IMG/VR virus record: IMGVR_UViG_3300048113_000456
Span: 1 to 55,005 of that record
Length of the DNA: 55,005 nucleotides
Direction: 5' to 3' (one strand)
From: a virus
Lineage: Duplodnaviria; Caudoviricetes
The notes under the pieces were generated by a model, which searched no databases, was not told where the DNA came from, and saw nothing but the letters and a program-made list of their open reading frames with translations. Below are positions 1-9,928 of this stretch, in pieces. A program made the position numbers and the translations under genes. How positions within the stretch are numbered: the stretch's first letter is position 1; each line of letters begins with the position of its first letter.

Positions 1-879
1 AATCAATGGGCAAAAGAGGTTGAAAAAGTGTTCGGGGTCAAAGCGGGGATTATTGGTTCAGGACAATTTGATATGGATGCTCCAATTGTGATCGGAAATA
101 CTCAAACTTTATACCGTAATTTGGATAAAATAAAGAATGAGTTTGGAACAATCATTTTGGACGAAATGCACCACGTATCTAGCCCTACTTTTGCTAAAAT
201 TATTGATACAAACTATGCACGTTATAAGATTGGACTGTCTGGAACAATTGAGAGAAAAGATGGAAAGCATGTTGTCTTTCGTGACTACTTTGGTGCTAAG
301 CTCTTTCAGCCACCAAAAGAGAACTTTTTAACTCCTAACGTGCATATAGTTAAGTCTGAGGTACGTTTTATGGACGGAGCAAGCGTACCTTGGGCTAAAC
401 GAGTAAACGCACTTACAAATAACGAAGAATATGTACACACCGTTGCTATGCTTGCAGCAACTTACGCGGCTAAAGGTCACAAGGTACTCTTGGTGTCTGA
501 TCGCGTTCATTTTCTCAAAGCTTGCGCCGACCTGATCGGTGAAAATGCCGTATGTGTTACGGGCGAGGTCTCGCATGAGGAAAGGGAAAAACTCGTGTCT
601 GATATTTTACACAAAAAAGAAAAGAATGTCCTCTGTGGTACACAATCAATATTTGCAGAGGGTATTTCAGTTAACACACTAAGCTGTTTAATACTAGGAA
701 CACCTGTAAACAACGAGCCACTACTAACACAGTTAGTTGGTCGAGTAATTCGTAAGAATGAAGGCAAGGGAACACCTATCGTAGTGGATATTCACTTGAA
801 GGGAAGCACTGCATCTCGACAAGCCTCTAATCGTATGGGTTTCTATATGAAACAGGGATGGGACATAAAACAACTATGA
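1..879 (+). CDS. D10: SF2 DEAD/H-type helicase, T5 D10-like (5' truncated by the window edge)
   Basis: Frame is open from base 1; motif II ILDEMHH, motif III GLSGT, motif VI QLVGRVIR; lies upstream of D11-D15 homologs. Confidence 0.88.
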   Translation, partial: NQWAKEVEKVFGVKAGIIGSGQFDMDAPIVIGNTQTLYRNLDKIKNEFGTIILDEMHHVSSPTFAKIIDTNYARYKIGLSGTIERKDGKHVVFRDYFGAKLFQPPKENFLTPNVHIVKSEVRFMDGASVPWAKRVNALTNNEEYVHTVAMLAATYAAKGHKVLLVSDRVHFLKACADLIGENAVCVTGEVSHEEREKLVSDILHKKEKNVLCGTQSIFAEGISVNTLSCLILGTPVNNEPLLTQLVGRVIRKNEGKGTPIVVDIHLKGSTASRQASNRMGFYMKQGWDIKQL

Positions 880-1658
880 AATTCAAAGACTTTATAAGTC
901 CTCTTAATGAGCAGATATTTTTTGACACAATAGTTGACAAAAAACCTTTTGTAATTAGAGGCGATGATTACAAGAAAAAGTTCTTTTCCGAGATAACTAG
1001 CTGGGATCATATATCCAATTATCTTAATAATGATAGGGCCGTATCGGGGTTTCAGATGATTGCCCCTGGCGATATCAAATTATGTATGGAAAAGAAAGGT
1101 CTTGAGCCACCTAAGAAGTTTAGCTGGGGAAGAAACCCTCAGTGGGATAAGCAAAAAGCTCATAAACTATGGAACAATGGTCATAGTATGATACTTACCA
1201 AAGCGTCTCAAATTAGCCCTAACATGAACGCAATTTGTGGTGCAGTTGAAGAAGGTTTTCCAGGTGGAGCAGCTGATGCACACTTCTACTGTAGCCCTAA
1301 CAAAAGTGCAGCAACGTTTCCTTGCCATGCAGATCAAGATGATAATTATCTAGTGCATGCAATTGGTACAGTTCACTGGCAAGTTTGGTCGGTTCGTATG
1401 CAACGTGAGAAAGTTAATGGCAGATGGAGATATAAAGGTGCTAGTGCTTTAAATGAAAAGCAGGAAGCTACCCTTGGAGAACCTGCTATTGATGTTTACC
1501 TTGGACCTGGAGATCTTTTATATATTCCGGCAGGGTATTTTCACAAAGCAGAACCCGTGGGAGCCAGAGTGTCTATCTCTGTTCCGTTGATGCTTTCTGA
1601 CTCGGGTGAGACCCCGCTGAACAGAAATTACTTTGACTTTGGTAAAAATACTTCTTGA
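876..1658 (+). CDS. JmjC/cupin-4 family 2OG-Fe(II) oxygenase (ROXA/YcfD-like)
   Basis: HxD metal motif FPCHADQDD and LGPGDLLYIPAGYFH with the distal His; ATG at 876 overlaps the helicase stop (ATGA); ORF track gives 858. Confidence 0.8.
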   Translation: MKFKDFISPLNEQIFFDTIVDKKPFVIRGDDYKKKFFSEITSWDHISNYLNNDRAVSGFQMIAPGDIKLCMEKKGLEPPKKFSWGRNPQWDKQKAHKLWNNGHSMILTKASQISPNMNAICGAVEEGFPGGAADAHFYCSPNKSAATFPCHADQDDNYLVHAIGTVHWQVWSVRMQREKVNGRWRYKGASALNEKQEATLGEPAIDVYLGPGDLLYIPAGYFHKAEPVGARVSISVPLMLSDSGETPLNRNYFDFGKNTS

Positions 1659-1683
1659 CTTTGGCAGCATACACTGGTATAAT
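1655..1683 (+). promoter_or_regulatory. sigma70-type promoter
   Basis: TTGACT-17 bp-TATAAT. Confidence 0.8.
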
Positions 1684-1685
1684 AT

Positions 1686-2075
1686 ATGTTCTTATTTAGT
1701 TGGAAGAAGATTTATGAAATAAGTGCTGGGAGCATCCCTACCATATTTCTAATTTTTAAAATGCTCGTAAATAGTGAAATACCTAAAAACAAGTATGACC
1801 CGATTTATAAGTATTACGATAAAGACTACTCTGGACAGTCTTTCTTAGTAAATCCAAAAGACTTACTATACAATGCGTTCAGATACAAAAGAAAAGAAGT
1901 GGTTGAGTATTTAGTACTAGCATCTTACAGATCTTATACAGATTATTTAATGTTTGGCACTACAACACTGAAAGTGTTAAACTCACCACTTCCATTACAT
2001 AAACTTAAACAAAATAGACTACTACGAATAGACTCAGAAGATAATATACACTTCCTATTCGAGAAGTCAACATAA
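1686..2075 (+). CDS. hypothetical protein (conserved position between D10 and D11 in T5-like phages)
   Basis: 129-aa ORF filling the gap; gene order only. Confidence 0.65.
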   Translation: MFLFSWKKIYEISAGSIPTIFLIFKMLVNSEIPKNKYDPIYKYYDKDYSGQSFLVNPKDLLYNAFRYKRKEVVEYLVLASYRSYTDYLMFGTTTLKVLNSPLPLHKLKQNRLLRIDSEDNIHFLFEKST

Positions 2076-2088
2076 GGAAAATAAAACA

Positions 2089-2715
2089 ATGGCAATTTCA
2101 TTCAATAAAGTTAAAGGCGAAGCTCAAAAATCATCAATCACTACCTACAAATATAACGAAGGTGACAACAAGATCCGTTTAGTCGGTGACGTTCTAGCTC
2201 GCTACGTATACTGGGTAACTGGTGAAAACGATAAGAACATTCCACTAGAGTGTTTATCTTTTGATCGTAACCAAGAACGCTTTAACAACCAAGAAAAAGA
2301 TTGGGTTCGCGAGTTCTATCCTGACCTAAAATGTGGTTGGTCTTACGCAATGCAGTGTATTCACAATGGTGAAGTAAAAGTAGTTAACTTGAAGAAAAAG
2401 TTATGGGAACAGATTCTAACTGCTGCTGAAGACTTAGGCGACCCTACAGATCCAGATACTGGATGGGATGTTTGCTTCAAGCGTGTTAAAACTGGCCCTC
2501 TAGCATACAATGTTGAGTATCAACTACAAGCATTAAAATGCAAGCCACGCGCATTAGACGCAGACGAGCAAGAGTTAATTGCTAGTTTAAAATCTATGGA
2601 TGATGTTATGCCTCGTCCTACGCCAGATGCACAAAAAGAGTTGTTAGACCGTATTCACGGTGCTACAGCAAATGAGATCGACGAGTCTATTGAAGACGAA
2701 TTTAAAGTAGACTAA
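2089..2715 (+). CDS. D11: T5 D11-like putative ssDNA-binding protein
   Basis: RBS AAGGA; RLVGDVLARYVYW, LGDPTDPDTGWDV and FKRVKTGP segments; acidic C-terminal tail. Confidence 0.8.
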   Translation: MAISFNKVKGEAQKSSITTYKYNEGDNKIRLVGDVLARYVYWVTGENDKNIPLECLSFDRNQERFNNQEKDWVREFYPDLKCGWSYAMQCIHNGEVKVVNLKKKLWEQILTAAEDLGDPTDPDTGWDVCFKRVKTGPLAYNVEYQLQALKCKPRALDADEQELIASLKSMDDVMPRPTPDAQKELLDRIHGATANEIDESIEDEFKVD

Positions 2716-2716
2716 T

Positions 2717-3670
2717 ATGATCTTATTTACCGCAGATTGGCACATTAAGTTGGGACAGAAAAATGTCCCTAAAGAATGGGCTTACAAACGATACGCACTG
2801 TTCTACGAGCAAGTACGTGAGTTAGAAAGTAAAGTTGATTTGCATATAATTGGTGGCGATCTTTTTGATCGTCTTCCCAATATGGAAGAGTTAGAGTTGT
2901 ATTTCGATTTTGTTCGTGATGTAACCGTAGAGACTATTATCTTTGACGGAAACCACGAAGCAACTAAAAAGAACAAAACGTTCTTTGATCAGTTACGAAA
3001 CGTTACTACAGCTCTAAATCCTCTAGTTAAAGTTGTTACGTCTACTACAGAGTATGATGGTTATAGTATACTTCCGTATGCTGATATTCATAAGAAAAAC
3101 ATCTTTGATACACTAGACAAATCTAAGGCTTTATTTACTCATGTACGTGGTGAGATTCCACCGCACGTAAAACCTGAAATAGATTTAGAGTTACTAGCAG
3201 ACTTTCCTGTAGTATTTGCAGGAGATCTACACTCTCACAGTAACACACAACGTAACATTGTATATCCAGGTAGTCCAATGACAACTTCCTTTCACAGAAA
3301 CGAAGTCTCAACGGGGTATCTACTAATAGACCCAACTACGTGGGGATGGACATGGCACGAATTTGAGCTACCTCAACTAATTCGTAAAACAGTGTTAAGT
3401 CCAGATGATATGCTGCCTACAGACTATCATCATACAATTTATGAAATTGAGGGCGATATTCAAGAGTTATCGCAGATACAAAACTCAGAGTTGCTTGATA
3501 AGAAAGTTGTCAAGAGGGCTACAGAAGCTACATTAGTTCTTAATAAAGAAGCTACGATAGAAGAAGAGCTAGTAGAGTATCTAACCTATATTCTTGAATT
3601 AGACGAAAAACGTATACCAAACATTATAGGAACATTCAATGATTACGCTTCAAAGGTTGAAATGGAGTAA
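2717..3670 (+). CDS. D12: SbcD/Mre11-like metallophosphoesterase nuclease subunit (T5 D12-like)
   Basis: ADWH, GGDLFD, GNHE, GDLH and YPGSP motifs. Confidence 0.9.
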   Translation: MILFTADWHIKLGQKNVPKEWAYKRYALFYEQVRELESKVDLHIIGGDLFDRLPNMEELELYFDFVRDVTVETIIFDGNHEATKKNKTFFDQLRNVTTALNPLVKVVTSTTEYDGYSILPYADIHKKNIFDTLDKSKALFTHVRGEIPPHVKPEIDLELLADFPVVFAGDLHSHSNTQRNIVYPGSPMTTSFHRNEVSTGYLLIDPTTWGWTWHEFELPQLIRKTVLSPDDMLPTDYHHTIYEIEGDIQELSQIQNSELLDKKVVKRATEATLVLNKEATIEEELVEYLTYILELDEKRIPNIIGTFNDYASKVEME

Positions 3671-5438
3671 TGTTTTTAGTTATGGTCCAGACAACGAACT
3701 AGACCTATCTGAAAGCAATGTTACTCAAATCATTGGTACTAACGGTATGGGCAAATCGTCCATACCTCTTATTGTTGAGGAGGCTTTGTATAACAAAAAC
3801 TCCAAGGGTATCAAAAAAGCAGATATTCCAAACCGTTACTTAAAAGATGGCTACAAGATAGAACTTGAATTTACTAAAGATACTAAGACATATGTCGTTA
3901 AAATCAATCGTAAAGCAAGTATCAAAATAGCCCTTTTTGAGGACGGTGTAGATATTAGTAGTCATACGGCTACAAATACTTACAAGACGCTTCAGGATAT
4001 TATTGGTATTGATTTTAAAACCTTCTCACAGTTGGTTTATCAAAATCCAAATACTAGCCTACAGTTTCTAACTGCTACTGATACAAACCGTAAAAAGTTC
4101 TTAATTGACTTATTACATTTAGACAATTATGTGAAGTTATTTGATTTATTCAAAGATGAAGCAAAGAGAGTTAGTACGAATATTACCAGTCTTCAATCTA
4201 AGTTAAATACGATTGAAAAGTGGTTGGAAAACAATAAACTTGAGAGTACCGAAGTATTAGAACTATTAAATATTTCTATTGACACGGAAGATGACGAGGA
4301 AGCTTTAAGTTCTTTACGAGTAGAATTAGAAAATATTTCGGAAAAAAATAAAAAAATCTCAAAAAACAATCAGTACAAAGAACTACTGAATCAAGTTGAT
4401 ATTAACGAGATCAACAATATAGACGCTACAGAAAAGCTATCCTACGATAAGTTACAATCTGAAGTAGGTAGTCTTAAACAAACCGTAGCGGGTGCAAAGC
4501 AAGTCCTAACAAAACTGGAAAAGTTGGGAGATAGTTGCCCCACTTGTGAACAGTCTGTTGATACTGAGTTTAAAAACTCTATGATTGAAGCAGAGCAGGA
4601 TAAAATAGAAGCGGCTAAAACTAGAAATGCGGAAATCCAAAAGCAGATTGCTGAGATTAAGACGAACAACTTGGAATATGAGCGTAAAGTACGAGGACAA
4701 AAAGAGTGGGAAGAATTGTACCGAAGTGTCGACAATGACCTGCCCTCTACTCCTTTGGATCGAAGACAGCTCGAATCAGAGTTTAAAGAAATACAAGCCC
4801 GTATTCGTGAAGCTCGAAGTAAGCTCCAAGAAATAGCAGATGAGAACGAAAGACGTACTAAGCAAAACACACGTATTTCCATCATCAAAGAGCAAACTGA
4901 TGAGTTTAAAGATCAACTTGATGAAGTATCAGCTTTACTAAGTGAAGAACAGTCAATATCTTCTAATTTAGAAGTATTAAAAAAGTCGTTTAGTACAAAC
5001 GGATTACTAGCATATAAGATAGAGAATCTTGTAAAAGAGTTAGAAGAACTTACAAATCACTATCTTGCAGAATTATCAGATGGTAGATTTACACTTGATT
5101 TTAGCATTACGAATGACAAGTTAAACGTAAACGTCACAGATAACGGCAACGTAGTTGATATTCTAGCACTGAGTTCAGGAGAATTAGCACGAGTAAATAC
5201 TTCAACATTATTAGCAATACGCAAACTAATGAGTAGTATTTCCAAGTCACAAATCAATGTACTATTTCTTGATGAAGTTATATCAGTACTTGATGAAGTA
5301 GGTAAAGAAAAGCTAGTAGAAATACTAATAGCAGAAGAAAACTTAAACAGCTATCTTGTTAGCCACCAGTGGCAACATCCACTTCTTGAAAAGATTGAAG
5401 TGGTTAAAGAAGATAATATAAGCAAGTTGGAGGCTTAG
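3639..5438 (+). CDS. D13: SbcC/Rad50-like ATPase (T5 D13-like)
   Basis: Walker A GTNGMGKS, coiled coil with CPTC zinc hook, signature LSSGE, Walker B LFLDE. Confidence 0.92.
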   Translation: MITLQRLKWSNVFSYGPDNELDLSESNVTQIIGTNGMGKSSIPLIVEEALYNKNSKGIKKADIPNRYLKDGYKIELEFTKDTKTYVVKINRKASIKIALFEDGVDISSHTATNTYKTLQDIIGIDFKTFSQLVYQNPNTSLQFLTATDTNRKKFLIDLLHLDNYVKLFDLFKDEAKRVSTNITSLQSKLNTIEKWLENNKLESTEVLELLNISIDTEDDEEALSSLRVELENISEKNKKISKNNQYKELLNQVDINEINNIDATEKLSYDKLQSEVGSLKQTVAGAKQVLTKLEKLGDSCPTCEQSVDTEFKNSMIEAEQDKIEAAKTRNAEIQKQIAEIKTNNLEYERKVRGQKEWEELYRSVDNDLPSTPLDRRQLESEFKEIQARIREARSKLQEIADENERRTKQNTRISIIKEQTDEFKDQLDEVSALLSEEQSISSNLEVLKKSFSTNGLLAYKIENLVKELEELTNHYLAELSDGRFTLDFSITNDKLNVNVTDNGNVVDILALSSGELARVNTSTLLAIRKLMSSISKSQINVLFLDEVISVLDEVGKEKLVEILIAEENLNSYLVSHQWQHPLLEKIEVVKEDNISKLEA

Positions 5439-5642
5439 ATGAGAGATCAAATATTACACGCTTTATATAATCATGCCAAAGGGCATATATCAAAGCACAT
5501 CGCTAACGTAGAAATCTACTTAGCAAACCCAGCTGGGATTGGTGAGCATCCAGATGTATTAGATGCGATTGAACACGAATTAAGCGAAATTTCAAAGTAC
5601 CACGACCAATTAGAAGTCCTGGACGAGTATTTCAACGAGTAA
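5439..5642 (+). CDS. hypothetical protein
   Basis: 67 aa; RBS GGAGG; abuts both neighbours. Confidence 0.7.
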   Translation: MRDQILHALYNHAKGHISKHIANVEIYLANPAGIGEHPDVLDAIEHELSEISKYHDQLEVLDEYFNE

Positions 5643-5644
5643 TT

Positions 5645-6088
5645 ATGGTAGACAGCAGAGCAAAAGGAGCAAGAGGAGAATATCTTGTAAGAGATATGTT
5701 AAGGGAAGCAACTGGCTACAAGTTCGAAAGAGTACCTGCTTCAGGTGCTCTCGAATATCTCAAAGGTGATTTATATGTTCCAAATGAAAAGAACTTATAT
5801 TGCATTGAGGTTAAGAACTACGAAGATTCTCCTTTAAATGACAAGGTATTTACAGCCCCTAAAACCAACAATTTAATACGTTGGTGGAAGAAAGTAGAAA
5901 TACAAGCAGAAGGCGGTGGACAAGAGCCTATGCTATTTTTTAAATATAACCGATCAAAAGTATTTGTAGTAGTACGTATCGAACCAAAAGAGTCTGAGTA
6001 CTTTTTTATTAGCAAGTTAAATTGTTACGTATGTCTAGCAGAAGAATGGTTGGAAAAAGAACAGGTGGAGTTTTTAGGTGGCGTTTGA
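5645..6088 (+). CDS. D14: T5 D14-like PD-(D/E)xK nuclease, putative Holliday junction resolvase
   Basis: SRAKGARGE, GDL...IEVK motifs. Confidence 0.82.
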   Translation: MVDSRAKGARGEYLVRDMLREATGYKFERVPASGALEYLKGDLYVPNEKNLYCIEVKNYEDSPLNDKVFTAPKTNNLIRWWKKVEIQAEGGGQEPMLFFKYNRSKVFVVVRIEPKESEYFFISKLNCYVCLAEEWLEKEQVEFLGGV

Positions 6089-6917
6089 TTTTAGTGACAT
6101 TTTAGATGCAGAAACAACAAACACTACATTAGTAGTAGATGCTCTAAACCTAGCGTTTAGATACAAGCATCAGGGTCGCAACGACTTTCGTTACGATTAC
6201 CAAAAAACCGTACAATCTTTAGCAAAATCTTACAACTGTAGTAAGGTAATTATTACAGCTGATTGGGGATCTTCTAGCTACAGAAAAGAAATTAACTCTG
6301 AATACAAACAAAATCGTAAGGACAAGTTTGCAGAGCAGACAGAAGAAGAACGTATAGCTTTTGAAGAGTTCTTTGAAGAGTTTGAAGAAACACTAGAAGT
6401 ACTCGCAGAAGATTATGTAGTGCTAAGGTACAAGGGTGTAGAGGCTGATGATATTGCAGCTCACATTGTAAAAGAAAAAGAACAGTACGGATTAGAAAAT
6501 ATCTGGATGATATCAAGTGACCGAGATTGGGACTTAATGATTCAGGAAGGCGTTGGTAGATTCTCTTATGTGACGAGGAAGGAAGTCACGCTAGAGAACT
6601 GGAGTGAACACTATGATGTATCTCCAGAAGATTATATATCTTTGAAGTGCCTAACTGGAGATAAAGGTGATAACGTTCCGGGTATCCCAGGTATTGGACC
6701 AAAGAGAGCGCAGACTCTCATAGAAGAATATGGTACAGCATTAGATTTATATGATGCAATACCAATAAGTGGTAAGTATAAATATATTGAGTCTCTAAAT
6801 GAAAATGCAGAGCAACTCTTACAAAACTACGAACTAATGGATTTAATTACTTTTTGCGACGACGCAATAGGGTCTGACAATATAACAGACATAAAGGAAA
6901 AGTTAAGTGAAATATAA
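6078..6917 (+). CDS. D15: flap endonuclease / 5'-3' exonuclease (T5 D15-like)
   Basis: VDALNLAFR, YKQNR, GVEADD, SSDRD, GDKGDNVPGIPGIGPK motifs; GTG start. Confidence 0.92.
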   Translation: MAFDFSDILDAETTNTTLVVDALNLAFRYKHQGRNDFRYDYQKTVQSLAKSYNCSKVIITADWGSSSYRKEINSEYKQNRKDKFAEQTEEERIAFEEFFEEFEETLEVLAEDYVVLRYKGVEADDIAAHIVKEKEQYGLENIWMISSDRDWDLMIQEGVGRFSYVTRKEVTLENWSEHYDVSPEDYISLKCLTGDKGDNVPGIPGIGPKRAQTLIEEYGTALDLYDAIPISGKYKYIESLNENAEQLLQNYELMDLITFCDDAIGSDNITDIKEKLSEI

Positions 6918-8688
6918 TATTAACATTGATTACAATAGAGACAAGTATCTATCAGAGTTCGGGATTATCACTTTAAAAGATAGATATTTAGTGGCAGGTG
7001 AAACCTCGCCACAAGACGGCTTCGCAAGAGCAGCATGTGCTTTTGCAGATGATGAAGCACACGCACAGAGGTTATATGATTACGCTAGTAAATTGTGGTT
7101 TATGTTCAGTACTCCTATTCTTAGCAATGGCGGTACTGATCGTGGTTTGCCTATCAGTTGTTTTCTTAATCATGTTGAGGATTCTAGGGAAGGTATTACC
7201 GGACATTACACCGAGAATGCGTTTCTTTCTAGTGTTGGTGGCGGTATTGGTGGCCACTGGGGAGCCGTTCGTTCAGTAGGTAGCAAGACTTCAAAAGGTA
7301 GTGAATCTACTGGTGTTATTCCTTTTATTAAAGTAGTAGACGCTGAAATGTTAGCGTTCTCTCAAGGTGTAACACGCCGAGGTAGTTATGCTGCGTATCT
7401 TGATATATCGCATCCGGAAATTGAAGAGTTTTTGGACATTCGTAAACCTACTGGTGGTGATGTTAACCGTCGCAGCACTAATCTTCATCATGGCGTTGTT
7501 TTATCAGATGCTTTTATGGAGCTTATCGAAAAATGTACTATTGACAAGTCTTTGGATGATAGCTGGCCTTTGGTCGATCCGCACTCTGGGGAAGTAAAGA
7601 AAGTAGTATCAGCTAAGGCATTATGGGTTAAGATTATTCAGAATCGTGTAGAAACTGGCGAACCATATGTAATGTTTGGTGATACAGTCCAAGCGGGGCT
7701 GCCACAGACTCAACAAGATATGGGACTAAAAGTACATCACTCAAATTTATGTAGTGAGATTACTTTACCAACTGATGCAGAACGTACAGCAGTTTGTTGC
7801 TTATCTAGCGTAAACTTAGAAGAGTATGACGAATGGTGTGACAATGAGCAGTTTATTCCTGACTTAGTACGTATGTTAGACAATGTATTGACTCATTTTA
7901 TTGAGTGTGCGCCGAATGAGCTTGAAAAAGCCAAGTTTAGTGCTTTCCGTGAGCGGTCGATCGGACTTGGAGCGATGGGTTTCCATGCCTATTTACAACG
8001 TCATTCGATTCCATTTGAAAGCGTAATTGCAAAAACTAGAAACGAACAAATGTTTAAGTCTATAAAGGAGCAAGCACTTGAAGAATCAAAACGACTCGCA
8101 GAAAAATTTGGAGAAGCCCCAGATGCAATGGGTACTGGCGTTCGTAATATGCACCTTATGGCTATTGCCCCTAATGCTAGTAGCTCTATTATATGTGGTA
8201 ATACAAGTCCTTCTATTGAGCCTTTCCGCGCTAACGCTTATGTGCAGAAAACTAAATCCGGTACTTCTTTGGTTAAAAACGAATACCTCCAAGACTTACT
8301 ACAAGATATTGGCATGGATACGGATGAAGTATGGCGTTCAATTGCGAACAATAGAGGCTCGGTTCAGCATCTTGATTTCCTCGATGATTTTACTAAAGAC
8401 ATCTTTAAAACGTCGGTGGAAATAGACCAAAGTTGGGTTATAGATTTTGCAGCAGATAGACAGAAATACGTATGTCAATCTCAGTCTTTAAATCTGTTCT
8501 ACCCATCTAACGTAAGTAAGCTAGAGCTTCACTTACATCACATGAAAGCGTGGAAACGTGGTGTGAAAACTTTATATTATGCTCGATCAGAAGCATTTAA
8601 ACGAGCAGAGTCTGTATCAGACCAAGCATTACGTCAGCAAATAATCGACGTAGCAGACGGCAACGATTGCGTCATGTGTGAAGGATAA
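6907..8688 (+). CDS. nrdA: ribonucleoside-diphosphate reductase alpha subunit (class I, no N-terminal ATP cone)
   Basis: STPILSN, ISCF, SNLCSEI, CCLSS, APNASSS, KTLYY and C-terminal CVMC. Confidence 0.95.
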   Translation: MKYNINIDYNRDKYLSEFGIITLKDRYLVAGETSPQDGFARAACAFADDEAHAQRLYDYASKLWFMFSTPILSNGGTDRGLPISCFLNHVEDSREGITGHYTENAFLSSVGGGIGGHWGAVRSVGSKTSKGSESTGVIPFIKVVDAEMLAFSQGVTRRGSYAAYLDISHPEIEEFLDIRKPTGGDVNRRSTNLHHGVVLSDAFMELIEKCTIDKSLDDSWPLVDPHSGEVKKVVSAKALWVKIIQNRVETGEPYVMFGDTVQAGLPQTQQDMGLKVHHSNLCSEITLPTDAERTAVCCLSSVNLEEYDEWCDNEQFIPDLVRMLDNVLTHFIECAPNELEKAKFSAFRERSIGLGAMGFHAYLQRHSIPFESVIAKTRNEQMFKSIKEQALEESKRLAEKFGEAPDAMGTGVRNMHLMAIAPNASSSIICGNTSPSIEPFRANAYVQKTKSGTSLVKNEYLQDLLQDIGMDTDEVWRSIANNRGSVQHLDFLDDFTKDIFKTSVEIDQSWVIDFAADRQKYVCQSQSLNLFYPSNVSKLELHLHHMKAWKRGVKTLYYARSEAFKRAESVSDQALRQQIIDVADGNDCVMCEG

Positions 8689-8694
8689 GAGAAA

Positions 8695-9654
8695 ATGAGT
8701 AATTTATTAGAAGAAAGAAGTTATTTTAAACCGTTCAATTACCCTTGGGCATTTGAACACTATAAAACCCAGCAGCATATGCATTGGCTACCAGATGAAG
8801 TGCCTATGGCTGACGACATTAAAGATTACAACGAGAATCTCCCTGAGTCAAGCAAATCTCTACTGAATAACTTGTTTACGTTTTTTACTCAAGCTGATGT
8901 AGATGTTTGCTGTGGGTATGCAAAACATTATTTACCAACATTCAAGCAACCAGAAGTACGCATGATGTTAGCGGCCTTCGCCGCAATGGAAGCAGTACAC
9001 CAAGAGGCTTACTCTTTATTGTTAGAAACGCTAGGATTTGGCGATGATGTTTACAAAGAGTTCATGAATCACAAAGAGATGATGGACAAACATGAGTATC
9101 TAAACGATTTCGGTATGGATACTAAAATGGATATTGCAAAGACTATGGCTATATACTCAGGTTTTACCGAAGGTGTTCAGTTATTTAGTTCTTTCGCAAT
9201 TTTGTTGAACTTCCCACGACATGGTTTAATGAAGGGCATGGGACAGATTGTCTCCTGGTCAGTTCGGGATGAGTCATTACATGTCGAGGGAATGTCTCAA
9301 CTTTTCCGTACTTTTATTCAAGAAAATCCAGAGTTATGGACAGACGAGTTAAAGTACGAAATTTACTGTGCAGCAGAACGTACAGTGGAGTTGGAAGATG
9401 CGTTTATTGATCTTTGCTTTAAGGATGCTGAAATTAAAGGCCTTACAGCATTGGAAGTAAAAGAATATATTCGCTATATAGCAGATAGACGACTACTGGG
9501 TCTAGGATGTAAGAAGATTTTTGGAAGTGAAGAAAACCCTCTTCCTTGGATTGATTATATGACAAATGCAGTAGAACACACAAACTTTTTCGAAAACAGA
9601 CCTACCGAGTACTCAAAAGCGAGTACAACCGGTAATTGGCAAGACATTTTTTAA
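8695..9654 (+). CDS. nrdB: ribonucleoside-diphosphate reductase beta subunit (class Ia)
   Basis: FFTQAD, EAVHQEAY (radical Tyr), EGVQLFSSF, RDESLH, NFFENRPTEY. Confidence 0.95.
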   Translation: MSNLLEERSYFKPFNYPWAFEHYKTQQHMHWLPDEVPMADDIKDYNENLPESSKSLLNNLFTFFTQADVDVCCGYAKHYLPTFKQPEVRMMLAAFAAMEAVHQEAYSLLLETLGFGDDVYKEFMNHKEMMDKHEYLNDFGMDTKMDIAKTMAIYSGFTEGVQLFSSFAILLNFPRHGLMKGMGQIVSWSVRDESLHVEGMSQLFRTFIQENPELWTDELKYEIYCAAERTVELEDAFIDLCFKDAEIKGLTALEVKEYIRYIADRRLLGLGCKKIFGSEENPLPWIDYMTNAVEHTNFFENRPTEYSKASTTGNWQDIF

Positions 9655-9666
9655 GGAATCATATAT

Positions 9667-9894
9667 ATGAGTAACATTCAACAACTAAACCCAGAAGATC
9701 GTAACATGGTAACAATCGACGACGTAGAATACGTATTTGAAGACTTACCTGAAGATGTTCGCAATATCTTAGCAGAGTTAAACTATGTTAATGAAAAGAT
9801 CAATGATCTTGGAGTGGAGCAACAGCGACACGAAATGATGCGATCAGGATACATCACTGTCTTAGGACAGGAAATGAAAAAAGTCCAACAGTAA
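9667..9894 (+). CDS. hypothetical protein
   Basis: 75 aa; RBS AAGGA; last gene of the + strand block. Confidence 0.7.
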   Translation: MSNIQQLNPEDRNMVTIDDVEYVFEDLPEDVRNILAELNYVNEKINDLGVEQQRHEMMRSGYITVLGQEMKKVQQ

Positions 9895-9895
9895 G

Positions 9896-9928
9896 AAAAA
9901 AGAAACCCAGCACTACGCTGGGTTTTTT
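9896..9928. terminator. bidirectional rho-independent terminator between convergent early and late blocks
   Basis: AAACCCAGC-ACTAC-GCTGGGTTT stem flanked by an A-tract and a T-tract. Confidence 0.8.

Noticed and set aside
1678-1690. Leaderless start for the 129-aa gene
   Set aside because: The ATG lies only 2 nt after the -10 box, upstream of the expected +1; the promoter more likely serves D11 onward
4442-8425. Short overlapping ORFs inside D13, D14, D15 and nrdA
   Set aside because: They are nested in well-supported genes, with no motifs or translation signals
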